DNA of 64,000 nt from Fistulifera solaris (GCA_030295235.1 AP026155.1:1-64000), one strand, 5' to 3'. Positions 37,098 through 49,558 are shown, counted from the first letter of the stretch. Numbers and translations: made by a program. The notes: generated by a model from the letters alone, not told the origin.

Positions 37098-37189
37098 TTG
37101 GGAAGTGGGGCTACATCTGTCCACTATCCTATCAACAACATAATATAAATATATTCTCGTTACAATAGCTCCGTCTTTATTCTCTAATT

Positions 37190-38496
37190 TCACTGTCCAG
37201 GAATTGCGATCAGTAGTTGTTGTGATGCAACTTCCGCTTCTAAGACACTGAGTACATATGGAAATTTCGGTCGCTGCAGCCGATCTCGGACCCAACATTG
37301 TTGCATCAGGTGCTGTAATGCGTCTGACAATATAGGCAGCGCGCACGGTCGTTTGTGTCGATACAGCATGTCATCCACAGCAGTGCTACTGCAAATTTGA
37401 TTGTGATTGATTGGTTTTTCTAGCGAAAAAATGTACCACATCATCATGGCAAAGGAGAAAACATCGGCCGACAATCCGTACGGTTGATTCAACATGACTT
37501 CTGGAGCCATGTATCCGACAGTTCCCGTCATCGGCGTAGCACGATATCCATCTGGTTGTTCGATCAAATGTTTCACCTTGAGTTCCTTCGCACATCCAAA
37601 GTCAAAGAGTTGAAGATGCCGATAATCACTACTTTTGCTCCCATCCTTGTTGATTGCAAAACCAATGTTGGGTGGCTTGATATCCCTGTAAACGATTGAA
37701 TACTGGTGCAAATGATTCAGAGCACTGGCTAGTTGTGCGACAACCCTCACGCGTTGATAGTAAAACGCCCGCATACGTGCCGTATTATTCCACCATCGCA
37801 GTCGTCTCCCACCAATACAATTGGCGTATTCGGTTCGCCATTTGTCATCGACTAGTTCCGCGAGTGTCAGGGCAAGTTTGTCAAAGACTAATCCGTATTC
37901 AAAGGTGCCTGGACTTCCGAGAATCGCTCTCAAGTGAATGATATGAGGATGCGACGGCAAATGCTGTAGGAATTGTGCCTCACAAGCTAAATCAAAGAAG
38001 CTAATTTTTTGCTTCTTTTGTTGTTTAAGCCGTTCTTCATCGTCAAGTTCGTCCATTACTATTTTCTCATTCGCTTGGCTCTGTAAAAAGCAACGAGCTC
38101 GCTTCACAACAAGCTGTTGAGCGTCAGCATTCTCAACACCTCGAATAAACGTTACAACATAGACAGCCCCAAAGCATCCTTGCGCAAGCTGTTCACCCAC
38201 TACAATATCATTCGTCTTCAAATGAGGAATAATCTGTTTCGGGCTTTCTGTACGTTGTAGTTTCACCAAAGTCGATCCTGATTCCCATTGCAGCAGACGA
38301 CGCATGGTCTTTTGTGAATTGTGCTTTCGTTTGTTTCATCGTCTTGTGCGAGATTGATAGTTTCTGAGTTTAGTGGATCCTCTCTTGTTTGTTGTTCATA
38401 ATGTTGCTCCTGCTGTTGTTTGCTTTCGTTGTGGCTGCTTCCATTCGCCACCGATTTTACGGAGTTAGAAGAAGGAGACTCTGTTATTTCCGCCAT
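37190..38496 (-). CDS. Protein kinase (TKL-like, diatom-type family)
   Basis: LAQGCFGAV, VVK, DLACEAQFL, YRDIKPPN, DFG, YMAPE and DVFSF; the N-terminal extension joins via a probable A-run frameshift near 38310. Confidence 0.88.
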
Positions 38497-39073
38497 GATC
38501 GTGGTTGCCTTGTTACCATTCTCATGGCATTTGCCCAAATACTCCTCGTTCACCTTTCATTGTGTTTTTTGTGCAACTTCAAATTACTGCGAAACGCGGT
38601 GGTCCACCATCGCTTCCACTTCCACGCGCAACACACGTAAGTACCGGTGCGGTAGATTACACGTTGTAATCTAAAAAAAGCTAACCGGAGTAATTTCTTA
38701 GGGATTCTTTTTGGTCGCTTACTCAAAGCTAGATAGTACAAGTTAATACTGTGACACTCCGACAGTAAACAAGAAACAAGACTACTCCGTACATAATCAT
38801 AAGTCATAGATTGTGGTATTATATCCTATAGACACGAGTTCCAGACGAAATTTTACAGTTTCACGAGTCACGAATGTACATTATTTCTCCGATTACCAAG
38901 AGTAGAGTAGAGGAGCCCGGCTCCATACAAAGTACTTGTACGAGCACAAGTACTAGGGCACAGCCAAAACGCGAGTCCTCCTTTTCCATTGCAAACGAAG
39001 GAGACCTTGTGATTGCTTCCTTGAAAACAAACAAACGACAATAAGTGATGCAATGCTTCCCATTTAAATAAGA

Positions 39074-40988
39074 ATGAATCTACCATCGAGTATGAGTATA
39101 ATAGCACGGCTCATCTTCTTAGCGCTGCTTTGTCAGCAAGCCGCAAGTCAGGGATGTTTCGATTTCCGTTCCTTGTCATGTCTCACGCCGCAAGAGCAGG
39201 GAGACGATCTCATGGACGTACAAATAGCATGTTTAGCAATAGAGCAGGCTTTGAAACAACAAAAGCAATCAATAAAGCTTTTACAATTACCGGAAGAGAC
39301 GCAACAACACGAACGCGCGCTGCAATATCTCACCGTACACGATGATTTGTGTTATGGCTTGCATCAAGCGTATCACAAATGTTGGTGGTGTGCGCAAATC
39401 GTTTTACCAGAAGAAGTCGTACATTCAGACTTTTGTCAATTCCGAACTTGCTCGCGACCCCCGCAAGCGGAGGTATCGCTCACGACGTTGCGAGAAACAT
39501 GTCAAGAAATGCAAACCGTGCAAGAGTATGGTGGTTATCCAGCTACGATGGAATTTTGTCAGCGTGCGGAAGAAGCGGCTTTTCTCTGTCCTATATACTG
39601 CAAGACCTCGTATTTGGGCGCTGATACACTAGCACAAAAGCGTGGCTTAGTATGGATGGCTCGAACGACGGCTTTTTTCACATTGTTCGGGGCACTTCAT
39701 ATACTCTATGATATCGGCAAAGATGCCAAAAAACGACAATCTGTGTACCATCAATTGTTGCTCGCCATGGCGGCTTTTGATGTATCGACCGGGATTGCGT
39801 GGGGATTGTCGACATGGCCCATTCCGAGTGAATTCTTTTGGATTCATGGAGCAAAGGGATCGACAGCTACTTGCACGGCGCAAGCCTTTTTCGTGCAATG
39901 GGGTTTCACGTCAATGTTTTACAATGTCTCGCTCGCTCTTTACTATACCTTGGTGATTGTTTATACTTACAAGGAACACCAACTCATTAACTTGCGGCCG
40001 TATTTGTTGGGCGTCCCGCTGGTGATAGGAACGGGGTTGGCATTGGGAGCCATTCCTTTTTATGATTGGTTTGAATATGGTTGTCACTTTTTGGTACGTT
40101 ACTATCACTTTCTGAGATCGATTAACCCGTTGAAATTGCTCATATTTACCATTTCTGTTTTCTGCGCCTTCTTTTACGATAGCCACCACCCGATGGTCCG
40201 GCATGGCCCGTTTACATTTTCGCTGTCGTTCCTCTGGCAATATCGATTTTGAGTATTATCGCCAGCATGGGATTCATCTTCTATCGCGTTCGTGCCCAAG
40301 CTCAAGCCTCTCAGAAATGGTCGATGCAAAGGGTGCACCCAGCGGCTTGCAAACACGCGTCTTCTATCAGTGTTTGTGGTATGTTTTATCGTTTCTGATA
40401 TCGTGGCCCATTTTGTTTGCGGTCTATTTGGCCAGTATCGATGTCGATGGACCCTATGGTTTCACTCTGATCATCGCCATGTTGGCGCCGTTACAAGGCT
40501 TCAACAACTTTTGTGTGTATTTACGACCCAAAGTGCTGCATTGGAAAACGGTCTGTGACAAACGACGCAAAAAGCAACAATCCTCCCCACAGAACGGCTT
40601 GGGCCACAGTTGCTACCCAACTGGTGGTACCACGCAAATGAATTCATTGTATCAGAACAGTTCGGGCCTCACGAATAGGAGACAAGTTGTTCCCAGTCGT
40701 AGTGTAACAGACTTTTCCGAAACGGAACGCGCTGAGGATGCAGTTTTCATTTCGCAAAACCATTGTTCAGAGAATGTCTTTGCTTTGGAATTTTCCGAAA
40801 CTGGTCACGATTCTACTCAGTTGGTGGAGGCAGAGGTTGTCTATGCCGAACAAGTGATTGACAAGGATGTTAATGAGGATGAATACGTAGATCCTTCAGT
40901 TCAAATCGTTGAAATGAACGAGCATAGCGACGCTGGTTATAACAATAATGAGGAACTAATTACAGACGAGACTGATCTTCCACATTAA
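39074..40988 (+). CDS. 7TM GPCR-like protein with Cys-rich ectodomain; intron 40094-40182
   Basis: Signal peptide, Cys-rich N-terminus, TCTAQAFFVQWG...YNVSLALYY and APLQGFNNFCVYLRP (cAMP-receptor/Git3-like); frameshift near 40330. Confidence 0.8.
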
Positions 40989-41140
40989 GGACCGCCGAAG
41001 AGGACAAGTGCAAAGTGGAAACAGAATAGTCTACCGAAAGTACAGTGGATATTATAACAATTGTTAACCAGTAACAACAAACTTTGAATGCTGATAAAGT
41101 AAGTTCTTTGTTTAAGCTCTTTTTGTTGAACACGCTACGC

Positions 41141-43036
41141 TTACTCGTGTACTACATTAACCCAGCTAGGTGGTAGCATATCATCAGGCAAAGCAATGGG
41201 ATGACGGAATCCGCCAGGCAAATGCCAGTCTTGTGAAAAAGCTCGATCATACAAAAATATGCCGTCCTCTGGTACGTGACGGACTATCACTGGTTCGTCC
41301 CTATCCTTCAAATGGAGTTCCACTGTATATTCGAATGATGCCTCTCTATCATCGCCATCTCTTTTGTCGTGAGATATCGAAAAGCGTTCTAAAACCGTAC
41401 AGTACACACGATGAGGATCTTCGGGACGCAACATCGGAACCCAAACGTAGCCTTCTTCCGGATCCTCGTCGTCTTCCAAAACAACAGTACTACTGTATGA
41501 TTCGTGACACATCGTCATCAAATTGTCGGGATAGGGTTCTTCCTCCGGAGTCCGATAGTGCGTTTCATTCCATTGTGCACGCGCCACGTAGGGATCGGTA
41601 ACGGGACTATACTGCGCGGCATAGTACTCCCAGGCTTGCTCCCAAGCGGATCCATAATCCATTAGTATCTCTTCTCCGGGTTCGATATCGCGAACCGCCA
41701 CATATTCAAAAGACAAACCAATTTTATCAATCGTATCGTGCAAGAATTCGGCCGTTTGTTGCAACCAATGTGGTTTGTGAGCAACAAATTCTCTTCGCAG
41801 CCACTGCACGCGAACATTGACACGCGACTTGTCGAAGGCATGATTGATGTAATTTACCATACCGCCGTAGGGCGTTAGCAAGACGGTAGAATTGGCGTGT
41901 TGATAACTGTAATTGATGACTAAATCGTATCGATCTCCCAACCACAAGACTTCTTGCCCTTGCGTTCCGATGTGGACCAGCGGACTGTATCCTACAATCG
42001 TGCCTTGGGGGAGTGCCCGCGTGGCAAACGCGCCCCGTCCTGCTTGAGGAATCGTCGAGGGTTTGGCTTCCATATGATCTTGGCAATATCCGTTTTCTTG
42101 CAACCATTCGATGGAACGTTTCGTCGATTGCCGTATGAAGTGTCGAACAATGGTTTTATCTTTATCCTCTGTATTATCCTTGTCTTTGCTTTTGTTCTGT
42201 TGCTGTTGTAGATAATAGTCAATGACATGTTTCCAATCCGTGCGAGGAAGATTACTCAAGGCTCGATTGTTGCGTTGATAGGGAAAACTCTTCATCAATT
42301 CCCACAGCCCGTGCTGTAGAGACGCTGACGGCTTATGTTTTGTAATCCAAGGTAAGTATCGTTGTTGTAAGAAAAGTTCCGCTTGTTCCAATTCATAATC
42401 CAGGGTCACTTGTACATTCGGGATATCTGGAATCCAGAAATCTCCGTACATGGCCATTAGTTCGGTGCCAGCCTCAATATCCCGCACTGCCCGCGTTTGT
42501 GCGGAATGATAAGGTGTGAAGGCAGTCACCCCTGGATCTTTCGATCGATGCAAATCCACAGTATCATAAGTAGAGCCATGCGTCGAGAGAATATTATTCA
42601 TGTCGAGCAAACTATTCACCGTGCAACCGATGCCCGGCACAAAAACAGCTCGCGATTTCTCACGATTTGTATCTTGATACGTTTCAATGTTCATGATATC
42701 GCCTTCCCAAATGTATCGATCCCATAATATACCATCTCTATATCCCGGTTTGTGATCTCCCCATTCACGAAATAGAAGAGGAATGGCCATTTCGTGCCAT
42801 GTGAAATTCGTAGGAATATCACGTCCCGCATACATACCCAAATTTGCGTCTTCGCCTAACGTACTGGGAGCCATATATAAACCACATTCAGGTTGTGGTG
42901 GTGCCGTGCAAGCGTTGGAGTTAGAAGAAGCAGAACATGTTCCTAAAGCAGCTACTGCGATTGTTGCTGCATCGAAACGAAGAATCAAAGGGAAAATGAC
43001 AGAAAGGAGCGGCGAATAATTCGTCGCAAAAGTCAT
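41141..43036 (-). CDS. Signal-peptide protein with two SET-like domains (diatom BacSET-like)
   Basis: CGLYMAPSTL..GMYAG..AVRDIEAGTELMAMYG and PSTIPQAGRGAFATR..NYINH..AVRDIEPGEEILMDYG. Confidence 0.8.
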   Translation of the reverse strand: MTFATNYSPLLSVIFPLILRFDAATIAVAALGTCSASSNSNACTAPPQPECGLYMAPSTLGEDANLGMYAGRDIPTNFTWHEMAIPLLFREWGDHKPGYRDGILWDRYIWEGDIMNIETYQDTNREKSRAVFVPGIGCTVNSLLDMNNILSTHGSTYDTVDLHRSKDPGVTAFTPYHSAQTRAVRDIEAGTELMAMYGDFWIPDIPNVQVTLDYELEQAELFLQQRYLPWITKHKPSASLQHGLWELMKSFPYQRNNRALSNLPRTDWKHVIDYYLQQQQNKSKDKDNTEDKDKTIVRHFIRQSTKRSIEWLQENGYCQDHMEAKPSTIPQAGRGAFATRALPQGTIVGYSPLVHIGTQGQEVLWLGDRYDLVINYSYQHANSTVLLTPYGGMVNYINHAFDKSRVNVRVQWLRREFVAHKPHWLQQTAEFLHDTIDKIGLSFEYVAVRDIEPGEEILMDYGSAWEQAWEYYAAQYSPVTDPYVARAQWNETHYRTPEEEPYPDNLMTMCHESYSSTVVLEDDEDPEEGYVWVPMLRPEDPHRVYCTVLERFSISHDKRDGDDREASFEYTVELHLKDRDEPVIVRHVPEDGIFLYDRAFSQDWHLPGGFRHPIALPDDMLPPSWVNVVHE

Positions 43037-43965
43037 TCTAAAGCCCCGTTCTGTCTACACAGGAAGTAAATAGAGCGGATGAGAAGGGCACAAAACAAAC
43101 GTCTCTTCAAAGGAAGTCAATAACCACGCCCTACTTCATATTTATTGTCATCACTGTCCAACACGCATCATGGCGAGACTTTTTTGTTTTTCAACGGATC
43201 GTTGTGTGGATGGATGGACAGACGCCATGAAACACATACTGTAGTAGTTTTAGCTATTGCTATTGCTATTCTCATGTTCTTTATTAGGACCTTTCTGCCT
43301 GTCGGTGACGCCTTAATCGATACTGGTAGTAGCTAGCTATTAGTAGCCGGCTGATCGCCACGACTGGATTTCAGTCATAAAGGATCGAAGTTCGGGTATT
43401 GATTGGAATTTCCGTAGGCACAGTACCTGGTACAAGTAGTCTCTTGTATACAAAATAAAAGAGCGAAGTCGTCGGTGCTACGAAAAACTAACAAATAATG
43501 GCAAGACGCTTGCGATATTCGTTCGTGACTAACGGCTAGAGAGACACAGTCGTGAAGCCGTTGCTACATTTCGACGTAGGGGTCCTCTATCAGGCACGTT
43601 CTGTTTCACTTTTTGTTCTATAAAAACAAATTACTCAGCGACGTAAATGAACAATGACAGTGCTTTTTGCGGGGTCGAACGACACGCAAACGCAACAAAA
43701 CGAATGAAAAGGAAAGGCATTTCAATTTGACTGCATTACAAACAATTACAACACTATCATCATTAGCTGTTTTATTCTTCTCCGCATAACTTGTTTCGTT
43801 CATTCTCTTTCTGTTAGCCTATAGTTAAACCAGTTTGCATTCGCTTCCATATTACCGCTTTCTCTCCCCTTATTTTTCTGTTTTATGCAACAACAGATCC
43901 GTCGATTGTGGTTATTTCTATTCTTTCTTTTGCCCTGTTTGATATCAACAATCAGTTTATTCAGC

Positions 43966-46010
43966 ATGGCAGACACTTCCGCCACTACTTCAGCAACTGA
44001 ATCAACGAATGCGATCAACGAAACAAGTGGCGATACTCAGAATGAGAGACAGCCCTCGTCAGCGGAAGCAGCCAGTGAATCATCAACTACGGAGATCAAC
44101 GAAGGAGACGAACAGCAAGCACAAAAACAGCAACAGCCTGTTGCGAATTGTGATGTCTGGACGGAAGATTTAGCCAAGGTAGGTAACAAAGAGGTCGATT
44201 TATTTTTCTAACTAAGGCCGTATCTTCGTTCCGTACTCTCTGCACCTTCCGGGGCTCTACTTCTCTCATTCGCAATTTCTCCTCTAAACAATAGGAAAAG
44301 CAAATCTTCGATGCGCTCTTCAGTACACGCCGACCAAAAGACGGCTGGGCTGGTTTGTCATCGGGCTTGAAAAGCGTCGCGAAAGGGACGGCAGCTGGAT
44401 TGACAGCCCTCATTGCGTCTCCCATGGTCGGTGCTCAGCAGGAAGGAGTCAAAGGTCTCGCGGTCGGACTCATTACCGGAGTGGCCTCGGCTGTTACTCT
44501 TCCCGTCACTGGAGTGTGTGTTGGTGCCTATCAATTGTCGCGTGGTATTGTGAATTCCGCGGAAGCCATACAAAAATCGGCACAAGGTATGGTTTGGAAC
44601 GAACAAACACGTGAATGGTATTTCTATTCCATGCAACAAGAAAATACGGACTTGGAGCAACAAATGCAAGATTTGCAACGAAAATTGCAACAAAACGACA
44701 GTAACAGCAATAATAGCAGCAACGATCGACCAGTGCAAGACCGTCAGTATTACGATTTACTAAAAGTTCCTACGACTGCATCCAGTGCCGACTTGAAGAA
44801 AGCATATTACCGCGAAGCGCGCTTGGTTCATCCCGACAAGAACCCCGATGATCCCGATGCGGCCGACAAATTCCAAAAGCTGGGACACGCCTACCAAATT
44901 CTAAGTCAACCGGAGAGTCGCGCGCATTACGACAAACACGGCATTGTGTCGAATAATCCCTCGGAAATGAAATTGACGGACGTCGACCCTCGCACGTTCT
45001 TTGCAGTAATGTTTGGGAGCGATGCTGTGAAGCCGTATATTGGTGAATTGTGGATAGCCAACAAGGCCGATACGTTGTTGAAAGATCAAGCCTTGCAAGA
45101 ATTTGCCAACCAGCACAATGGTAACGGCGAAAATTCTGACGAATCTAGCAATAGCAAAAGTTCAGAAACGAAGAAAGAAACCAGTGAGCGCGCTCAATAC
45201 AAGGCTCAGTTGGAAGTGTTTCAACAACAACACCGACAAGTGCAGGCTGCTTTGCATTTACTCTCTCGTATACAACCTTTTGTGGAAGGACTTCAAGATG
45301 AAGCCGAATTTATTGCCCTTGCACAGGAAGAGGCCGCGATTATCAGTAAACAGGATTTTGGTGCTGTCTTTTTGAAAGCTATTGGCTACTCGCTCGAGCT
45401 GGAAGCCATGGACTTTTTGGGATCATATCAATCATTCTTGGGCGTCGATGGTCATGCTGCGAAGTTTCGTAAACGACAGTATGGGATGGCGAATCAGCTG
45501 CGTTTGCTGACGGCCGCGGTCGCTGCGGCGCGGGCAGGCAGTGCCGCCTATCATGAAGTCGATCGTTTACAGAAGCAGGCCGCGCAACTGAGCGAAGAAG
45601 CCAATCCGCAGACTATTAAGTTGGCCTCAGAAAAGATTGAAGAGAGTCTACCAGCAATTTTGGAACTAGCTTGGGCGATTAATATTCAAGATATTACACG
45701 GACACTACGAGGAGTGTGTTTGAAACTGTTTACCGATGGAGCCGAACATTTGACGATTGAGCAGCGATTGAAACGAGCAGAAGGAGTGTGGTTATTAGGG
45801 AGAGAGTTTTACTCCATGGGATCAGTTGCCGAAGCCACGGCAACTTCAAATGGAATGAATGCAAAAGATATACGGACTCGTGCGGAAGTGGCTGCTATGA
45901 CAACACTAGCCAAGGCACAAGGGCAGGAAATGAATGACAAGGACGCTGAGGAATTGATCAAACAAGCAAGAATGATGGAAGATATGCAACGAAAAGCCAG
46001 TGCTGATTAG
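43966..46010 (+). CDS. DnaJ-domain protein with DnaJ-X domain; intron 44179-44294
   Basis: YYDLLKV..LKKAYYREARLVHPDKNP..FQKLGHAYQILS and FFAVMFGSDAVKPYIGEL; the GT-AG intron keeps the frame. Confidence 0.9.
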
Positions 46011-46049
46011 TTTTTCAGTTAATAATTACCTAGGTAAAAACTTGATCCA

Positions 46050-48320
46050 TTAACGGCGCTTTCCGCTCTTGTGTGCGCCGGTCGCACTAAGATGAGCTGT
46101 ACTGGCTACATTTGAAGCCAAATTTTTGGGCTGTTGCTCTCGTGCGGCGACATCTAGTTTAGCCAAATCTTTCTCTGGAATCGCGCCAGTCCCTTGATGT
46201 TTGTTCAATGTCGGTGCGTTATTTTTCTTTCGACGGCGATTCACAGCACGATCGTATTTAGGAAGCCATCGCTCTGGATCGGGCTGCGTTGGACGTTCAG
46301 GATTATACAAACCCTTCTTCTGCAGTTGGTCCAAATGTTGCGCGCGGAGTCGGGCACGTCGTTTCAACACAGATTCATGTGACTTTTTGGAAGCGTTTGC
46401 CGTCGTGTTAGATTGCAAAACGACGGCATCGTTTGTATCTACCTTGTTTGCATGATTCCAACGCTGTGTACTCTTCTCAAGTGCTTCCATAGAGTGCAGA
46501 TCATAACCACGACCGTTGTCGTCTGTTTTCAAGCTGCGAGCCATTTCCTCCCAAAGATTTATTGCTCTGTCTGGATCTACATGAGTTAACGCTTGCACCA
46601 ACCGAGCCTGGATCATTTGCTTTATGTCGTGATCTTTGACATGAGACATGGCCATTTCGTAACATTCAATCGCTGACTGATAATTTCCCTGATTCGAATG
46701 TAAGTTCCCTTGCATCAGCGCCGCCTCTTTGATTGGCACTTTAACTTTCGTTCGAGTTTGGTCCGATTCATCACTCTGCTGTACAGCTATCATGGTAGCT
46801 TGTACAGCTGGCTTCGTCCGCAACGATGGCGGCCAATCGGCATACAATTCGTCCAAAGAAGGCTGCTGTCGGAACTGTTCTGTCGCCGCAGCCTGGTGTA
46901 ATTGTAAATACACCAACATATGATCACGGAATGGACTCTCCGCAATCGTCATGAGCGCAAAATCAAGGGCACGGACGTTGCGTAGTCCTACGCTCGTCGC
47001 AGAAGCCTTCTTTTTGTTTTTGATGTTGTCTTTCTCTCTGATATTAGGGGACTCGGGACAATACAACAGCAGAACTGCCAAACGAATTTCCCACCACAAC
47101 AAGACGGGATCATTTAGCATCGGATCATCCTTTTCAGGCGGTTTCTCTGGTGCCATGGTTTCCCAAAGCTCTTGAACCGCTGCGCGACAGTCATCGTATT
47201 GCTTTCGATGAAGGAACGTCACGCACCGGTTGTAATCTAACAAACGGTCTTGCAGCAATGTCCATTGGATCTTGTCGTTCATGTTTTGCGGCAGATCATC
47301 CAAAGTATCGTATTTGTCGTGATAGTACTGCAATATCACCCACGGGTCTTTCGTATTGCAAATCTTGGTCAGTGAAGCCGTTTCTGATGTTTGGAGTCGC
47401 ATCCCTTTCATACTCGTACTTGTCGTATTGCTGTTAAGGTGCCAAAACTGCTGACTCCATTCTAGTTGATTATGACAGTTCCTATCTTGTGCCCGACGGG
47501 AATGCAGGAATTGTTTTGCTTCGCGTGCGTTAGAACGATGTAACAATTGATATGTGGCCACATTGTAACGCAAATCAAGTATCGTTTCGGATTCTTGCTG
47601 CAGCTGTTGGTCAACAACGTCAAGCAGTTCAGTAAATATGGTGTCCTCTTCCCGTGTGACCTTATTGTTCTTGCTCTCTGGGCAATACGGCAAGGAGTAT
47701 TGATTGAGAAAGGCGGCCATGTAATTGACATAGATTTCATGGACATCGTCATCATCATCGTTGTTGCCGTTTCCGACTTTTTCTAGTTGCTCTAAAATAG
47801 ACACATATACTTCCATAGCGCCTTCGTAATCCTGCAAATGATAATACGATTGCGCTTGCAAGTGCATAGCCGCGAGGGCGTAGAGCTGTTTCAGTTCGGC
47901 CAAGTCCAAGAAATCCAAAACTTGATGGTATTCTTGCAGCTGATAGAGTGCATATGCCCGCATGACGATGCTTCGTTGATTTGGGGAGGAAAACAGAACA
48001 TTCGAAGTCGCTTCTACTACTTGAGCGTGCGCCTTTTTATCCCCTTGTTGCAGCAAAAGCTGCAGGCGGACTTGTTGTAATGCTTCTTTCAGTGTTTCTT
48101 CGTCAGGCGTATCATTGCTGTCACTGGGCTCAGCACTACTTTCTTTCTTCGCTGTTTTAGGTAGAATGCTCGCTAACCAGGCTTCATGATGTTGAATGGT
48201 TCTTTGACATTGTTGCTGTATAAGTATCCGATGATTCGATGAGGATGATTCGTCGCGCTCTTTCGTCAATTTTTGCACAAGTTCTTTCAATTCTCGCACT
48301 AAATCTTGATGTCTGATCAT
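46050..48320 (-). CDS. SRP72: Signal recognition particle subunit SRP72
   Basis: TPR-like helices (RAYALYQL, LQAQSYYHLQDY) and C-terminal PDPERWLPKYDR..HQG RNA-binding motif. Confidence 0.85.
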   Translation of the reverse strand: MIRHQDLVRELKELVQKLTKERDESSSSNHRILIQQQCQRTIQHHEAWLASILPKTAKKESSAEPSDSNDTPDEETLKEALQQVRLQLLLQQGDKKAHAQVVEATSNVLFSSPNQRSIVMRAYALYQLQEYHQVLDFLDLAELKQLYALAAMHLQAQSYYHLQDYEGAMEVYVSILEQLEKVGNGNNDDDDDVHEIYVNYMAAFLNQYSLPYCPESKNNKVTREEDTIFTELLDVVDQQLQQESETILDLRYNVATYQLLHRSNAREAKQFLHSRRAQDRNCHNQLEWSQQFWHLNSNTTSTSMKGMRLQTSETASLTKICNTKDPWVILQYYHDKYDTLDDLPQNMNDKIQWTLLQDRLLDYNRCVTFLHRKQYDDCRAAVQELWETMAPEKPPEKDDPMLNDPVLLWWEIRLAVLLLYCPESPNIREKDNIKNKKKASATSVGLRNVRALDFALMTIAESPFRDHMLVYLQLHQAAATEQFRQQPSLDELYADWPPSLRTKPAVQATMIAVQQSDESDQTRTKVKVPIKEAALMQGNLHSNQGNYQSAIECYEMAMSHVKDHDIKQMIQARLVQALTHVDPDRAINLWEEMARSLKTDDNGRGYDLHSMEALEKSTQRWNHANKVDTNDAVVLQSNTTANASKKSHESVLKRRARLRAQHLDQLQKKGLYNPERPTQPDPERWLPKYDRAVNRRRKKNNAPTLNKHQGTGAIPEKDLAKLDVAAREQQPKNLASNVASTAHLSATGAHKSGKRR

Positions 48321-48802
48321 TTGAAGGATGATTTAGTTACTCGAATGTAATTGAATGGAAATAAAAGGGATTGAAAGGAACTAAATACAATGAGAGAATA
48401 GACAGGATGAAAGGTTAAAATGCAACACGAGAGCTAAAATATATCCCAGTACCCCTCAGAGGGTGCGTTCTGTCTGGCTTTCGCTCCAATAGGGTTCTGA
48501 GTCTTTCTGACGTCATGAGTAAAAGAGGATGCGTGTCCCGTCAACTCTTTCCTTTACAGTACGGTACCGGTACCAGGTTCCTGGTACCGCACCGGTACCG
48601 TACCTGGTAGTCTCTTCACATTAAATTTTTGCTGTGGTCAAGTTTGAACGAACGACATACGCACCTTCGCTTTCTGTGCCTCGATAAACACAGCGTCAAC
48701 ATGACGCAACCGCAGCACCAGTTGCAGTAAATAGGTCGGCTTTTTAAAGTTTCCCTTTCCATTATCTGACTCTGTTTCTTTCCTCTTTTATTTACTAAAA
48801 TC

Positions 48803-49320
48803 ATGTCGTCGTCAATTCCCGAACGCTTGGCCGCGCAATACGCCGATTTGGCCTTTATGAAAGAGAAAATGGCCACCATGCAGCAAAATCAACAAATGCG
48901 CGGTCTCGAGAACTACAACAAGCGCATGACGGAGCGTGCGACTACGCACAAGACGTGGCGTCAAATGAAAGGAATGCAGTTGGCGATGCACGAAATCAAG
49001 CATCCGGGAAATCGGGCCTTTGTGATTGGTTTGGGGTAAGTTCTAATGGAACGGAATTTTTAAACAGAGCTAGAACGGGCTTGGAGTTGTTTTATTTCTG
49101 TACATTTGAGTTGTTTTAACACTCTCACTCTCTTCTCTCTCGTTCGGTTGCTTTACTGCTTTGTCGGGTTTTCTTTTACGTGCGCAGCATCATGACAACT
49201 CTCTGGGTGTCCTTGTATCGATCGGGTCTTGCCTCGGAGGAAGCTAAGAAGAGCTCTGATTATTGGCAACGATTCCATGCCAAGAATGGCTCCGCAGATC
49301 ATTCTCATGGCCATCATTAA
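48803..49320 (+). CDS. Small single-TM protein, possibly a mitochondrial ATP synthase accessory subunit; intron 49036-49187
   Basis: Spliced product continues ...AFVIGLGIMTTLWVSLYRSGLASEEAKKSSDYWQRFH...HSHGHH*; canonical GTAAG/CAG sites. Confidence 0.65.
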
Positions 49321-49558
49321 GTCAAGAGTTTATTGACACAGATTATATTTGATCCGCGAACTAATAAAGGACGATCGTTTCACTAATTTATTAAGGTAGA
49401 ATCACGTTACCTATATCGGAGGGAGTATTTAAAATGATTTACTGTCGAATCACTTAAAGGTCATGATTAATGATGCGAAAATGTCTCGAATACTTATTTA
49501 AGTGTCTACGTCAGTTTGAGTGGTCGATTGCGATAGACGGAGGTCCTTCGAAAGCTCT

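Larger units (their letters stand above)
33983..37185 (+). repeat. Exact tandem duplication, 1601-bp unit (33983-35583, 35584-37184)
   Basis: All ORFs recur at +1601 with identical translations; breakpoints read from the sequence. Confidence 0.93.
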
